From Macrostomum lignano (Eukaryota), in the NCBI GenBank assembly GCA_002269645.1, contig NIVC01004678.1, positions 1 to 38,351 of the forward strand: 38,351 bases of DNA, in the 5' to 3' direction. Shown piece after piece: positions 21,155 through 33,817 of this stretch (its first letter is position 1; each line of letters starts with the position of its first letter). Made by a program: the position numbers and the translations under genes. The notes beneath the pieces are model-generated. The model ran no database searches. It worked only from the letters and a program-made list of their open reading frames with translations, and was not told the DNA's origin.

Positions 21155-24100
21155 GTGAGTCAATTTTTCTAAAGTATTTTGTAGAAGTTAGTCAACCTTC
21201 TATTATATTTTCATTTTTAGTCTTGAAAATATTCACAATACGTGCCAAAAGTTGCACTAAACTATTGTCAAGACATATACCCTGGGTTTTTGGACCATAA
21301 GGGTTTTTTGGCCCCTTGAAAATCTTATTGGCAACTATATTTCTTGTATCAGAGGCCAGTAGCGCAACCAGAAATTTTTTGAGGGGGGGCGGATTCTGGA
21401 AGGTAAAGTCCCGGGAAGGGGGGGGCGGAGGGTGGCTCTATTTTTGGCGAATTCGCTTGGTCCCCCTTCGATTTTTTTTAGGTCTCTACCTAAGGGGGGG
21501 CAACCGCCCCCTGCCCCCCCCCCCTGGTTGCGCCACTGTCAGAGGCCAATCTGACATGCCAGTTGCCAATTTCAAAAAATGATTTTTAAATGTAATAAAA
21601 GTGCCATATGACTCAATATGATGAAACTGTTAGTTTGTTATTGTTTGCAGCATAGATAGTAATCTTAGAGTTAAAAGAACAAATTTTTGCTTTTCCAAAA
21701 TATCCATCCTAAAGAATTAGGCTAGTTGCTAATGTGCAACCAAAAATAGTCATTGGCAACTGGATTTTGAGCCCCAAGGCCTAGGGCCAGCTGGCAACTG
21801 GATTTTCAACCTTAAAAAACCCAGATGTACTAGTCAGTCAGTCACTATCCATGTGGATACTAGAATAATATTGCTCTTACTCTTATAGGGCAATTTCCTA
21901 TTCAATGTTGCTATAATGCATTATTTTGCTTTTTAGATCCTTTTAACTTAGTCTTTCTAAGTCTATATGTTTTTTGAACAATAGCATATTAATGGCGTAT
22001 GACTAAGACTGCCACAACTATTACTGGCTACTAGTATTGGGAAGGAACTACCAATCTTCTAGCATTGCTATTCCTCTCATTAGCTTCTTTCTTGCAGTCT
22101 TGTCCTACTGGCTCTCTTACCATTTGTCTCCTTTCTAGCACTATCTAATAATATATTAAGCCAAATTTCTCCCTTAACTCCCCCCAAGTATGGTAGTCTT
22201 TGTGTGTGGTAGGCCTAGTCTTAGTCCTAGTCTTAGTCCTACACCATATTAACTGCTTTCCTTTTTCACATATTATACATTTGAAATAATAATAGTATAA
22301 AAATTAAAATACTAATAAAAAAAATAATCACTTTTTTTATAGAACAGAAGTGCAATAATCAATGTATCAATATTTTATTGTCTATTTTTATCTATTTTTT
22401 ATTCCTATTTTTTAGTGTTCCACCGTAAGGAGGGTCCATGTACCGTAGCCATAGCTGTAAACAAAACTATGGCTTATTCCAATTCTCAGTATTCCGTAGC
22501 CATAGGTACCCAAAAATTACCATATTCCCATAGTTCCCATAGCCATAGCCATAGGTTTAACAAAAAGTCTAAAAAATAAAATATCTTGAATCAAGATGAT
22601 AACCTAGTGCTTAAACAACTGCAAATTAAATTAGAAAATAAAAGAAACACTCGGTTACCTTTAAGATTATATTTCTTTTTTTTCAGAGCAACAATACTTA
22701 ATTATTACTGAAAGTACTAATGCTAAACTTTTTCATATTAATAAAAATTAGAGTTAGCTAGTGTTTTTTGTATTTTTTTAGGTATATTTTATAAGTTTCT
22801 AGGTTGATAATACAGTTTACTAAAAGTATCTTTGTTTAACTCTACCTGTTCCTAATATTTTTTTTCAATTTTTAACATTAATAACTATTGCTATGGGAAT
22901 CTACGAATGTGACAGCAACTACCATATTTCTTTGGTCATAGCCGCAAGAGCAGCTAGCTACCGTAGGCATATCCATACATGCGCAACTTTGGGAATCACC
23001 CGGCCGTTTCTATTGGCAATACATACATGTAAGTCGCTATTGGCTGAGAGCAGTCACGTGACTACTATTCCATCCAATAGCGACTTACATGTGTGTTTTG
23101 CCAATAGAAACGGCCGAGTAAATCCCAAGGTTGCGCCCAAGCATGGGCATATCTGTAGCTGCCATAGGCACCTATTTTACCATATTTGCCATAGGATCCC
23201 GTAGCCGTAGCTACAGCTACGGCGGAACACTACTATTTTTTCAGTATAAAGTCAATATGTTTACTTCTTAAGTTAAACAAGAAATAAGATATATCCAAAT
23301 ATGTTTTAGTATTTTATGTAAATGTAAAGATTTAGCAGTTTAATGCTCTGTTCGTTTGAGTCAATTGAGTCATTAAAAAGTCTTAAAATAATTGCATTTC
23401 TGGTTTTGTATATTTATAGATTAAATCATGCTTGGGTGCCACCTTGGGATTCACTTGGCCATTTCTATTGGCAACACACATGTATGTCACTATTGGATAG
23501 AATAATAGTCACGTGACTACTCTTAGCCAATAGTGACTTATATGTGTGTGTTGCCAATAAAAATGGCCGGGTGATTCCCAAGGTTGTACATGTATAGATG
23601 AAATTGGGGTTTCCAGGTTCTAGAAAAATGTGTTTTGTTATAACAAAACTAAGTTATATATACATATTGTTAAGGTCTATGAAATTTGCTTGCCAAAGTT
23701 TGCTTGTAGGACTTTTACTTGTAGAAATTTGCTTGCCAAAGTCTGCTTGCCAAACTTTGCTTGCAGAATTTTTGTTTGCCAAAGTCTACTTGCCAAACTT
23801 TGCTTGCAAAATTTTGCTTGCAGGAAATTTGCTTGCTGCACATAAGCTTGCTGAAGTTTGCTTGCAGAACCTTGAAGAACCTATTATTGAGCTCTTGTAT
23901 TTCTAGTTTTTATTTACTAAAATTCATGGAAGTCACCTATAGTATTATGATTTTGTATGAGGATATGGCAGATTTGAAAAGCCCTAATGCAGAAATGGAA
24001 TAATTTAGTTTTTTACTGGGTATATATTCAACAAAAATTGGACACAATTTCAAACAATGCACATATCAAATGATTTAGGCAGCAAAATGTACAGAATAGA

Positions 24101-27100
24101 TTTTTTGCAAATGAACATACATTGTACATCAATGTACATCATTTCTATCTACTAAGAGCCTGTTCTATAAAGCCATTGTAAGATAAGATCATTCTTAGCT
24201 CCTATCTCTGTAGTGTAAAAGTTCCAACGTACAATCAAACTTATGCTACAATAGCTTTATAATACAACCCCTAAATTCTTAGAATAAAACTTTATAAGCC
24301 TAGTTTGAAAACTTAGTATCAAGTCAGTTTATATCGATACTGATAAGAATCCACTTCATGGACCAACTTCACAAGCAATCAAAACAAGCAGACAAGAAAA
24401 TAATTCGGCAAGTTAAAACCTTGCAATTGTGATAGTCAAATATAGTCAAATATTGTGATAGACTATAGTCAAAATTTTTAAGCCTTAAGGAGAGTTATAA
24501 AAGTAAGCAACTTAAAAAGTTTGAATTTTATAGTTCATTTTTATTTTATATTTGTGCAATTAGCTTAAGTCAATTAGAAAAGGTAATAATAAGCAATCCA
24601 AAAAGCATATAAGTTGATTAAAAATTAACTCATAATAAGTGTTAATCCAATAAAGTTGACACAAAAATATAGAAAATCTTGCACTTTTTTTCAAAACAGA
24701 CTTCATAATATACTGTCTTTGCTTTTCCATCTTTTTAGCAAAACACAGAGGTCATCCAAGCAATTTCCAAGCAAAAAAGTATTAAATAATAATTGTAAAA
24801 CTTGTATAATACTACTCAAAGTAAGCATACAATAAAATAAGTAACTTATTTATTTGAAACTCAAAAGCTAATTGGTTAATTATATAACATAAATAAGAAA
24901 GTTGTTTCAGTAGCATTAGCAGGTGCAGTAGAAAGTTACACAAGATAGGGAAAGAAGTGAATAAAATTGATTGATGCTCATGGGTAAACAATTAAGTTCA
25001 CAATTTTAATGCAATATAAAAAAGTTAATTAGTAAGAAGTTGTTATATTTTCATGATCAACATCATAAACAATGAGATAAATTAAGCATTTCTATAAATT
25101 TTAATACATTTGTAATGTTACAACTTCTCATCAGACTTATATTTTTGTTCTTTCTTTGTGTCTATCTTTGACATTGTCATTGATCAAAATGTCACTTCAC
25201 GTTAATGTCCTCTGATTAATGACTGGTCATTAACTGTAAGACAAACAGCAATTTTAATTTAAAGGGCAAACCAGACAAACAAAGCAACAATATATTCTTA
25301 ATTAATTATGGTAAAGTCGTATCAAGTCATATTAAGCTCCATATCATTAGCTGTCTTATTTATCAAACAAATTTGCATTTGGACAAGGTGCAGTTGTTAA
25401 AGCTAAACTTTGCTATCGCCAGATTTTCCTGATTAACGCTGGTGATTTGTATGTTTGACACCACATTGACAACCAGCTCACTGGCCCCAGAATTGCTTGG
25501 TCCTACATGTCTGGCCTGGTCACCTTTAACTTCTTCTTTAGTTTGCAGTGCCAATGCCAACGTCACAGCATAGCTGCTCGCTTGCAGAGATCGGTCCCGA
25601 CATTTTGTAAGGTACCTGCATGCCGTTCATTCAGATGTCTGGCCGGTGATGGACATAATGTCGGCCAAGCTATGTCCCGCGGCCTCTAGATCCGTAATCC
25701 TGGTGACCCTAAGAAAATATGATCAATGATGATTACATTACTAATGCATGTAGTTTAAATGTTTTCTCTCAGATAAATTAAAGATCTAAGATCTGTTATT
25801 GTTGAGATCAAAAAAATTAGTCGTACTACCTTATGCAATGGTTGGAATACAGCTTTGATAGCCCAGCCTTCTCACTCAAGTTATGCATGAATCAAACAAG
25901 ATAGTTGACACCGCGATTCTGCTTTGTTGAATACGTAGGACTTCCATTCGCAGAGTTTGCCAGTGGCCATGGAAATAGATGGTTCTATTTTCTTGGTTTC
26001 TTGGTTTCAACTAGTAGGTCTAGATATCGTCGTACCTTTTCAGTATCATAAATCCTTGCCTGCTTGTTGTTGGGTTTTGCTTTACTTCTCACTGGATCTG
26101 CGGACTTATTCTTAGACAGAAAAGGCGGGAGACAATAGAACTCCTTATCATCAGAGTCAGTGTGTAGCTCCAATGCATCTCGTCATGTCAGATGCTGCAG
26201 GTGCTCTTGGCCTCTTTCGCCCAAGCAATATAGTATATAAAACAGAAATTTGTCTTGCTCTGCCACTGCCATACCTCCCTCAAAGTAGCATGCAATCTTT
26301 TGCATATCATCAGTCTCCAATTTCGATGTCTATGGCCTCCATTTTCGGCCATAGACAACTGCTTCACCAATGTTATCTGTGGTACTGGCCATTGACATGA
26401 AGTGTACGCATCGATATTTTCTTTCCCGACTTTTCACCGATAGACAATTCAATCAATGCAGCTAATATGAAGCACAAATTCAATTTAATGGCCAAATTGC
26501 CACTTGTGTGCTATGCGCACTCGTGCCCTTGGCCATTAACTTGAATTTGTGCTTCATATTAACCTACCATTAATGTTAACAATGAATTCATTGTTAACTC
26601 ACAAAATTATTAATACTAATTTGTTAATATCCCTTGATATAAGCATCTTCCCAGATAGTAAGCATCCTACAGATAATAGCCATTCTTAAATAGCAAGCAT
26701 CCCTAGATAGAAGGAATCCCATACATGCCTGCTGAAAAATTCTGTGACAATTCAAACACATTTTGTGATCAAATCTGTCTCCAATAGTCATACCAGCTAT
26801 CTTAATTCTGTGATTGAAACTCAAAAGAAATTTTGATAAAGCTAATAGTCCTTATTATCCTACTTGTAGTAGCAGCCTCTGAGTTTTTAATACCAAACAA
26901 TTGTAAGATTTTATGCACTTTTTTAATTTACATTTTAGATAAATTAAGTATATTTGGAATAAAATGATGGCACAGCAATAAATATATATAAGATAGGGGA
27001 TTTTGAACACTAATAAACTAATACACACATATTAATAATTGAAATCAGTGTAATACAAGCATACAAATCTATACACAGGATGATATATAAATAACATATT

Positions 27101-29522
27101 GGTCAATTCTTGCCAGTAGATTAATTGTAATTGAAGACCTTGGGGCCTATACATCAGAATGGCATAGTTTAGTAGCAAATGCAAATAGATAATTAGCCAG
27201 CATAGTCGATTAGACCAAAGATCTAATGGAATTGCAGCTATATTGTTTGTTACAAATTTTTGTGGCCTAAACAAAGTTAAAGTTTGCAAATTTATTGTTC
27301 TTGCATTTTTTTCTCATATAGAATACCATTGTATATCTTAAAATTATTATATTATGTATTTGTAGTGACTGGAACAATGGATTAACTCTACTAGCAAAGC
27401 TGTCAAAGCAAATGTATTTCAGTGCTTAAGATCCAAAGATGAGCAAGCATATTAGTATAAGATTAAAAGCCAGAGTAGTAGATATTAACAATGGTATACA
27501 ACTGAAGGAACTGTAGAGTAGGAGATATAGCCATAGACTATATACTAAGTGTGACAAGCTTTGACTAGGACTATGTCAATATTATTGTGTCATTTCTTTG
27601 GATTTATATCTGTCTACAAGCTATTATTGCACTACTTTTATATTTGTTTATAGTACCTCATATCTTGCTTTGTAGCTTGCATGGTTGGCATAGTTTGATC
27701 TTTGCTTATCATTTTAATAGTTAATTGGCAAATTGTCAGATAGATTAGTTGATCCCCGTAAGACCAGTCAGCTATACATATGCTTTTGAATTTATACGTG
27801 AGAGTCTCTATGAGTATTATAAGAGTCTTCAAATTAAAACATTCATATAAGCTGGCAGAAAAAGCAAAGCTCAACTCACCTCCAATTCAAATGTATCTTG
27901 ATGCTTTTGATTGCAGGACTCGCTGCCATTAGCCTCAGTTATAGTCTATTTAGAAGCAACAATAGATGGAAAATTGACAACTGGAGGCACTACACTTGGC
28001 TGACTTGACAAAATATAGTTGGGTTTATTATTTGTTTTAGGAGTTGCTCTGGTCAGTGTATGCTTGCTTTCCCATTTAGATTTTTTAGAAACAAGCTAAG
28101 ATGTACATAGAGTATAGGGGTAATTTACTGTATATATATATTATATATACTTTGAAAGAATGTCAAATTCATTAGAGATTAGCTTAGCATTATGCCTCAA
28201 TAAGCATATTATTTCATGTATTATTGATAGCAATAGTTTTGTCCTAGGGGTTACTTCTGTCTCTAATACAATGCCACCAAAAGCTGTCATAGGGCTAATT
28301 TACTAATCTCTTAAGTGTTCTTCTTAGGTTGGTAGCTGCCACCAAGATTATCCTATTAATAAGTTATAAGTTTATCAATATTAGAATAATCTGAGAAATG
28401 TTTCTTAGAATAGGTCTGAGTATTTAGTCTGAGTATTATTCTGAGTATTAGTCTAAGTATTAGTCTGAGAAAAACTGTTAGCCCTGAAAGATTTTACTCT
28501 TCTGATTATTCTGGTAGCGTTTATTATTCTGGTAGCATTCTACTTAATAATGGCCTGAGTGGTATTTTGGCTTACTGGTATATGTATTTCATGTACTTTG
28601 CAAGTCCTTGGGCATTACCGAGATCAGAGGGTCATAGCCTTCGTTATTCTTACACGTATTACTTCAGATCTGCTTCGCAACTTCTTACTACTCAACACTG
28701 CTGCTTCTCAGTAGCATGTACTGTATATGCTTCGGTCTACTTCACTCTTATTTCTACAAATGAACAACTCGGGAAATGGCTTCTCTTATATTTATTTGAA
28801 AACACTCCTTTCTTATTACTCTCACTTCTTTCGTAGGAACTGCACAAAGGCAAGTTGCTCTTCTCTCGGCTCAGATCGCATCTATTTATACTAAAAATTT
28901 TAAGTAGTTTAAATAAAAATTAATTTGCGAAAATATTTTGGAAAATACGTATATTAAAACAAATCGTTTGCTTAGTTTTTGCCACGAATTTAAAAGCACT
29001 AAATCGTAGAAATATAGATCGCCCTTCACAGTTTCTTTTATTAATATTATTGTAAACTAAACTGACAACTGTATGTCTAACAAGTAGTAGTATAGATACT
29101 ACACAACAATAATATAAAATAAAATAGAGCAATGTTTATAATGTGACAGAGTCCAAAACAGTAGCTGATCAGTCTTACCAAAGGTGGCAGAAACTGTTTC
29201 TTGTCACTTCCCATCTTTCTTGAAAGCTTTGCTGCAGTTTTGCATTTCCCAATAGAAATCATGTCTTTGGCAATTTTTTTGTGTACTTTAAATCAGATCT
29301 AGAATCTGAGACTTGTACTATTTACCAGTGTATTTGTCCTTATCAAATAAGACTTTGAGCTGTATTAGAACTAAAAGGTCTGCATCATTGACTTGGAATA
29401 GAATATATTTAATGTTTAAGATAGTGTTCTATATATAATCTTGAATATTATACTGGTTGATTTTCTAAATATAATCTAAATATACTTCTAAATATACTTC
29501 CTATATACTAAAAATGAAAATA

Positions 29523-29570
<48 letters not shown>

Positions 29571-32500
29571 AATAGATGGGAGATTTACTAAAAATGCAAT
29601 TTAATATTTCAAAATCCAAAACAAAGTAAAAATTGTCTTTAAATTATCAAATTTTTTAGAAAGTAATCAATTTTGCTGCTTCTACTAGTTTACTATAACT
29701 TACATTAGCCAAGATAGCTAGGTCCATTTGTAATTGTGCATATATATAGTGCTAATTAAGTCACAAGGCATTTATATCTCAAAGACCTTGAGAAAATGAA
29801 AAATTTTCATTTTTTCATTCTATGGATATTTTGGCAAACTAGAAAAATATTTCAAAAGAAAAGCTTTGCTTTTTTATTAATATACCTAAGCTTAAAATGG
29901 CTATAGTAAGTCCTAAATGTTTGTTTTACTAAGCAAAAAATGTATTATATATAGTCAATAAAGTGGCTGCAGTATATGTTTAAAAATTGTAAGGCTATAT
30001 AATTATATGCATACTATATATGTAAGAATATTTTCTGTTAATATAATTGTTTTAACAAAATAGCAATGTATTATGCTTATATATATATGTTGCAAGGTAT
30101 GCAAAAATTAAACACAGAACACACAGAGTATGAATATGTATATACTGTCCAATCATTAATATTTTATACCATCCCAAATTTAAAGTTTAATTCAGTTAAA
30201 GTAAGCATTTTTTGGCCCTTGCACAAGTACTTAAACAATACTTATTAATTCAAAACACTTAGCTGACGTGGAAAAAAACTCTAAAGAAGATTGGAGAAGG
30301 CCAGAAGGCATTTCAAGATATTTTCGACAAGTTTAATGAGTCCGTCAACCAAGCTCAGAAGGAGAAGTTTGAGAATGAGCTCAAACGCGAGATTAAAAAG
30401 TTACAACGATACCGCGAACAGATTAAGACCTGGCAGGCGTCAAATGAGATTAAGGACAAGCGAAATCTTGCCGAGGCAAGAAAGAACATCGAGAGCGTAA
30501 GTTATAGATTCAATGTACTTTTAAGTTCGCTGTGAATTGTTAGCAGAGATAATCTACAATCAATTCTCCTCAGGATATGGAACGGTTTAAGATAATCGAA
30601 AAGGAGACAAAGACCAAAGCCTACTCAAAAGAGGGGCTGGGCGCGGAGCAGAAGAAGGATCCGTTGCAAAAAGAAAAAGAGGACATCATGGACTGGGTTC
30701 GAGTGAGTGTTCAAAGTTGCTTTTCAATAACGTTCCTTTGTCTATGCGCAGGTTTTTTAATTAATGTGTATATTCTTTGCAACAGGAGAACATCAGTACC
30801 CTTGAAAAGCAAATTGAAAAGCTGGAATACGACATCGAGCTGTTGATTGCGAATAGCAAAAAGAAGAAGTTAGATCGCGATGTAAGTTAATAATAGAATT
30901 TAGCATCAAATTTTCCTTTATTTCTGTACTTGTCCTTCAGTTTCATTGCTTAAAAAATCTCTTTTAGAAGCAAGACGAAATGGACTCAAAGAAAGACATT
31001 ATTGGCAAGCATCGGTTCCACATTCACCGCCTCGAAGCCATCATGCGAATGCTGGACAATGACAACTTGGAGCTTGAGAAGGTACAAAACGTTTTTTTAA
31101 GAGTTCGATTTTTGACCAAAATTCCCGATTTCGGGCCTTGGGGACAGGGAAGCTCGGCGGTCGGGGTTTGTCTTGCAATGTCACACTTATGAGGACCAAT
31201 CCACAATGCGCAGGGAGTGAACATGCTTGACGATTAGAAAGTCAGGGCAGCTGTACACCCTGTGTGAGTGTGAGTGCCTGCGTACACTATTGGCGCTTGC
31301 ATGTGCTCAGTAGTCAGCGGAGCGGGCAGGATTGTCTCAGGCGCTGGTTGTGGGCCGATGGCAAGTCATCACCTTGTTTTATTAACTTTCCCAGGTGAAA
31401 GACATTAAAGACGACGTTGAGTATTACGTCAACCAAAATGAGGAAGCCGATTTCTGGGAGAACTACAACGAAAATATCTACGACGAACTGGAGTTGGAAG
31501 ATATTGGCGGTAGGTTGTTAATACTGTCCTTACTCGCTGACACAAATTTTCAGTAAATTTCTGAAGATCATCATCTATTTTCTGTCATTCTCACGACCTT
31601 CGTAACACAGCGCTGCCGCTTTTATGACTCAATATCACAAATTTCTTAACACAATCTCACGGCTTTCACTGATACAATCTCACGGCTTTCACTGATACAA
31701 TCTCACGACTCATGACACATCTCACGGCTTTCATTGACAATCTCACGGCTTTCACTGACACAATCTCACGGCTTTCACTGACACAATCTCACGGCTTTCA
31801 TTGACAATCTCACGGCTTTCATTGACAATCTCACGGCTTTCACTGACACAATCTCACGGCTTTCATTGACAATCTCACGGCTTTCACTGACAAATCTCAC
31901 GACTTTCACTGACACAATCTCACGGCTTTCACTGACACAATCTCACGGCTTTCATGACAATCTCACGGCTTTCACTGACAAAATCTCACGGCTTTCACTG
32001 ACACAATCTCACGGCTTTCACTGACACAATCTCATGACTCACTGACACAATCTCACGACTCACTGACACAATCTCACGGCTTTCACTGACACAATCTCAC
32101 GGCTTTCACTGACACAATCTCACGGCTTTCACTGACACAATCTCACGGCTTTCACTGACAATCTCACGGCTTTCACTGACACAATCTCACGGCTTTCATT
32201 GACACAATCTCACGGCTTTCACTGACACAATCTCACGGCTTTCACTGACACAATCTCACGGCTTTCACTGACAATCTCACGGCTTTCACTGACACAATCT
32301 CACGGCTTTCATTGACACAATCTCACGGCTTTCACTGACACAATCTCACGGCTTTCACTGACACAATCTCATGACTCACTGACACAATCTCACGACTCAC
32401 TGACACAATCTCACGGCTTTCACTGACACAATCTCACGGCTTTCACTGACACAATCTCACGACTCACTGACACAATCTCACGACTTTCACTGACACAATC

Positions 32501-33784
32501 TCACAAGCCTTCCTGACGCTGGTATCCAACAACACCCTCCTACATCCGCAGCAATCCTCGCAACTTCGCCGCACGACTCCGTTGACGAGACCACTCTGTC
32601 AGCCTCCATGGCAGCCGCAGCCGCCGCCGCCGCCTCTGCGACCCCAACGACAACGTCGGCAACCAACGACAGTCAGCCTGCTGCTGCTCCACCGGCCGCA
32701 TCAACCAGATCTGCATCCAGTGCATCCGCCGCCGCCACCACCGCTGCGACCGCTTATTCGGAGTCGACTCAGCCGCAGTCGCCGTCAACTCCGGCTTCGC
32801 AGTCCGCGCACCCGCAGCCTCCGCCGCCGTTGATTCTGCCTTCTCAGCATCAGCACAACCAGCAGCAGCAGCCGCTGATGTCCACCGCCGTTGCGAATCA
32901 GGCCGTTTCTTCTGGTTCTGCCGCTGCTCAGCCTCAGGCTGTGAAGTCACAGCTTCTGCCACAGCAGCAACAACAGCAGCAACAACAGCAACAGCAGCAG
33001 CAGATGGCACAGAATGTCACTACAGGCGGCAGCAGTCAGGCTACAAACGATGGCTCGGATCGCGAAGGCTCGACCGCTTCTGTTTCTGAAGTGGCGTCGC
33101 CTTCGGTGCTGTCTGGCGGGCAGCTGAAATCGCAGGACCTGTTCTCTAATTTGGGTGAGTCATTGTGGCGCCTCTGTTTTGTCAGCTTCAAGGTTATCCA
33201 TCAAGGATGTGGTTTATCTACATCCTCCCAATGTTCAGGTGGAGGTTATCCACATCCTCCCAATGTTCAGGTAGGGGTTATCCACATCCTCCCAATGTTC
33301 AGTTGGGGTTATCCGCATCCAATGTTCAGGTGGGGTTATCCACATCCTCCCAATGTTCAGTTGGGGTTATCCGCATCCAATGTTCAGGTGGGGTTATTCA
33401 CATCCTCCCAATGTTCAGTTGGGGTTATCCGCATCCAATGTTCAGGTGGGGTTATCCACATCCTCCCAAAGTTCAGGTGGGGGTTATCCACATCCTCCCA
33501 ATGTTCAGGTGGAGGTTATCCACATCCTCCCAATGTTCAGGTGGAGGGTATCCGCATCCTTTCAGTCTTGAGGGGTGGTTATCTACATTCTTACCAGTCT
33601 TTGGAGAAAAGTTATCCACATCCTCCCAACGCTCATTAATCCCATAATCCCCATAAATCCCTGCAGGCGGCAGCGCCAATTCGCAGTCCAGCAGTCAGGG
33701 GGGCGGCAGCGTCGGTGGCGGCGGTCTGCAATCGCTGCTCAGACTGAGCCAGGCGGGCCTGACGCCGCAGCACCAGTTGCTTCT

Positions 33785-33817
<33 letters not shown>

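Noticed and set aside
31225-31245. TTGACGA-TTA-GAAA (and CTGACGA at 16355) resembling a hammerhead ribozyme core
   Set aside because: Only 3 nt separate the CUGANGA-like and GAAA boxes, so no stem II can form, and stems I and III are not evident.
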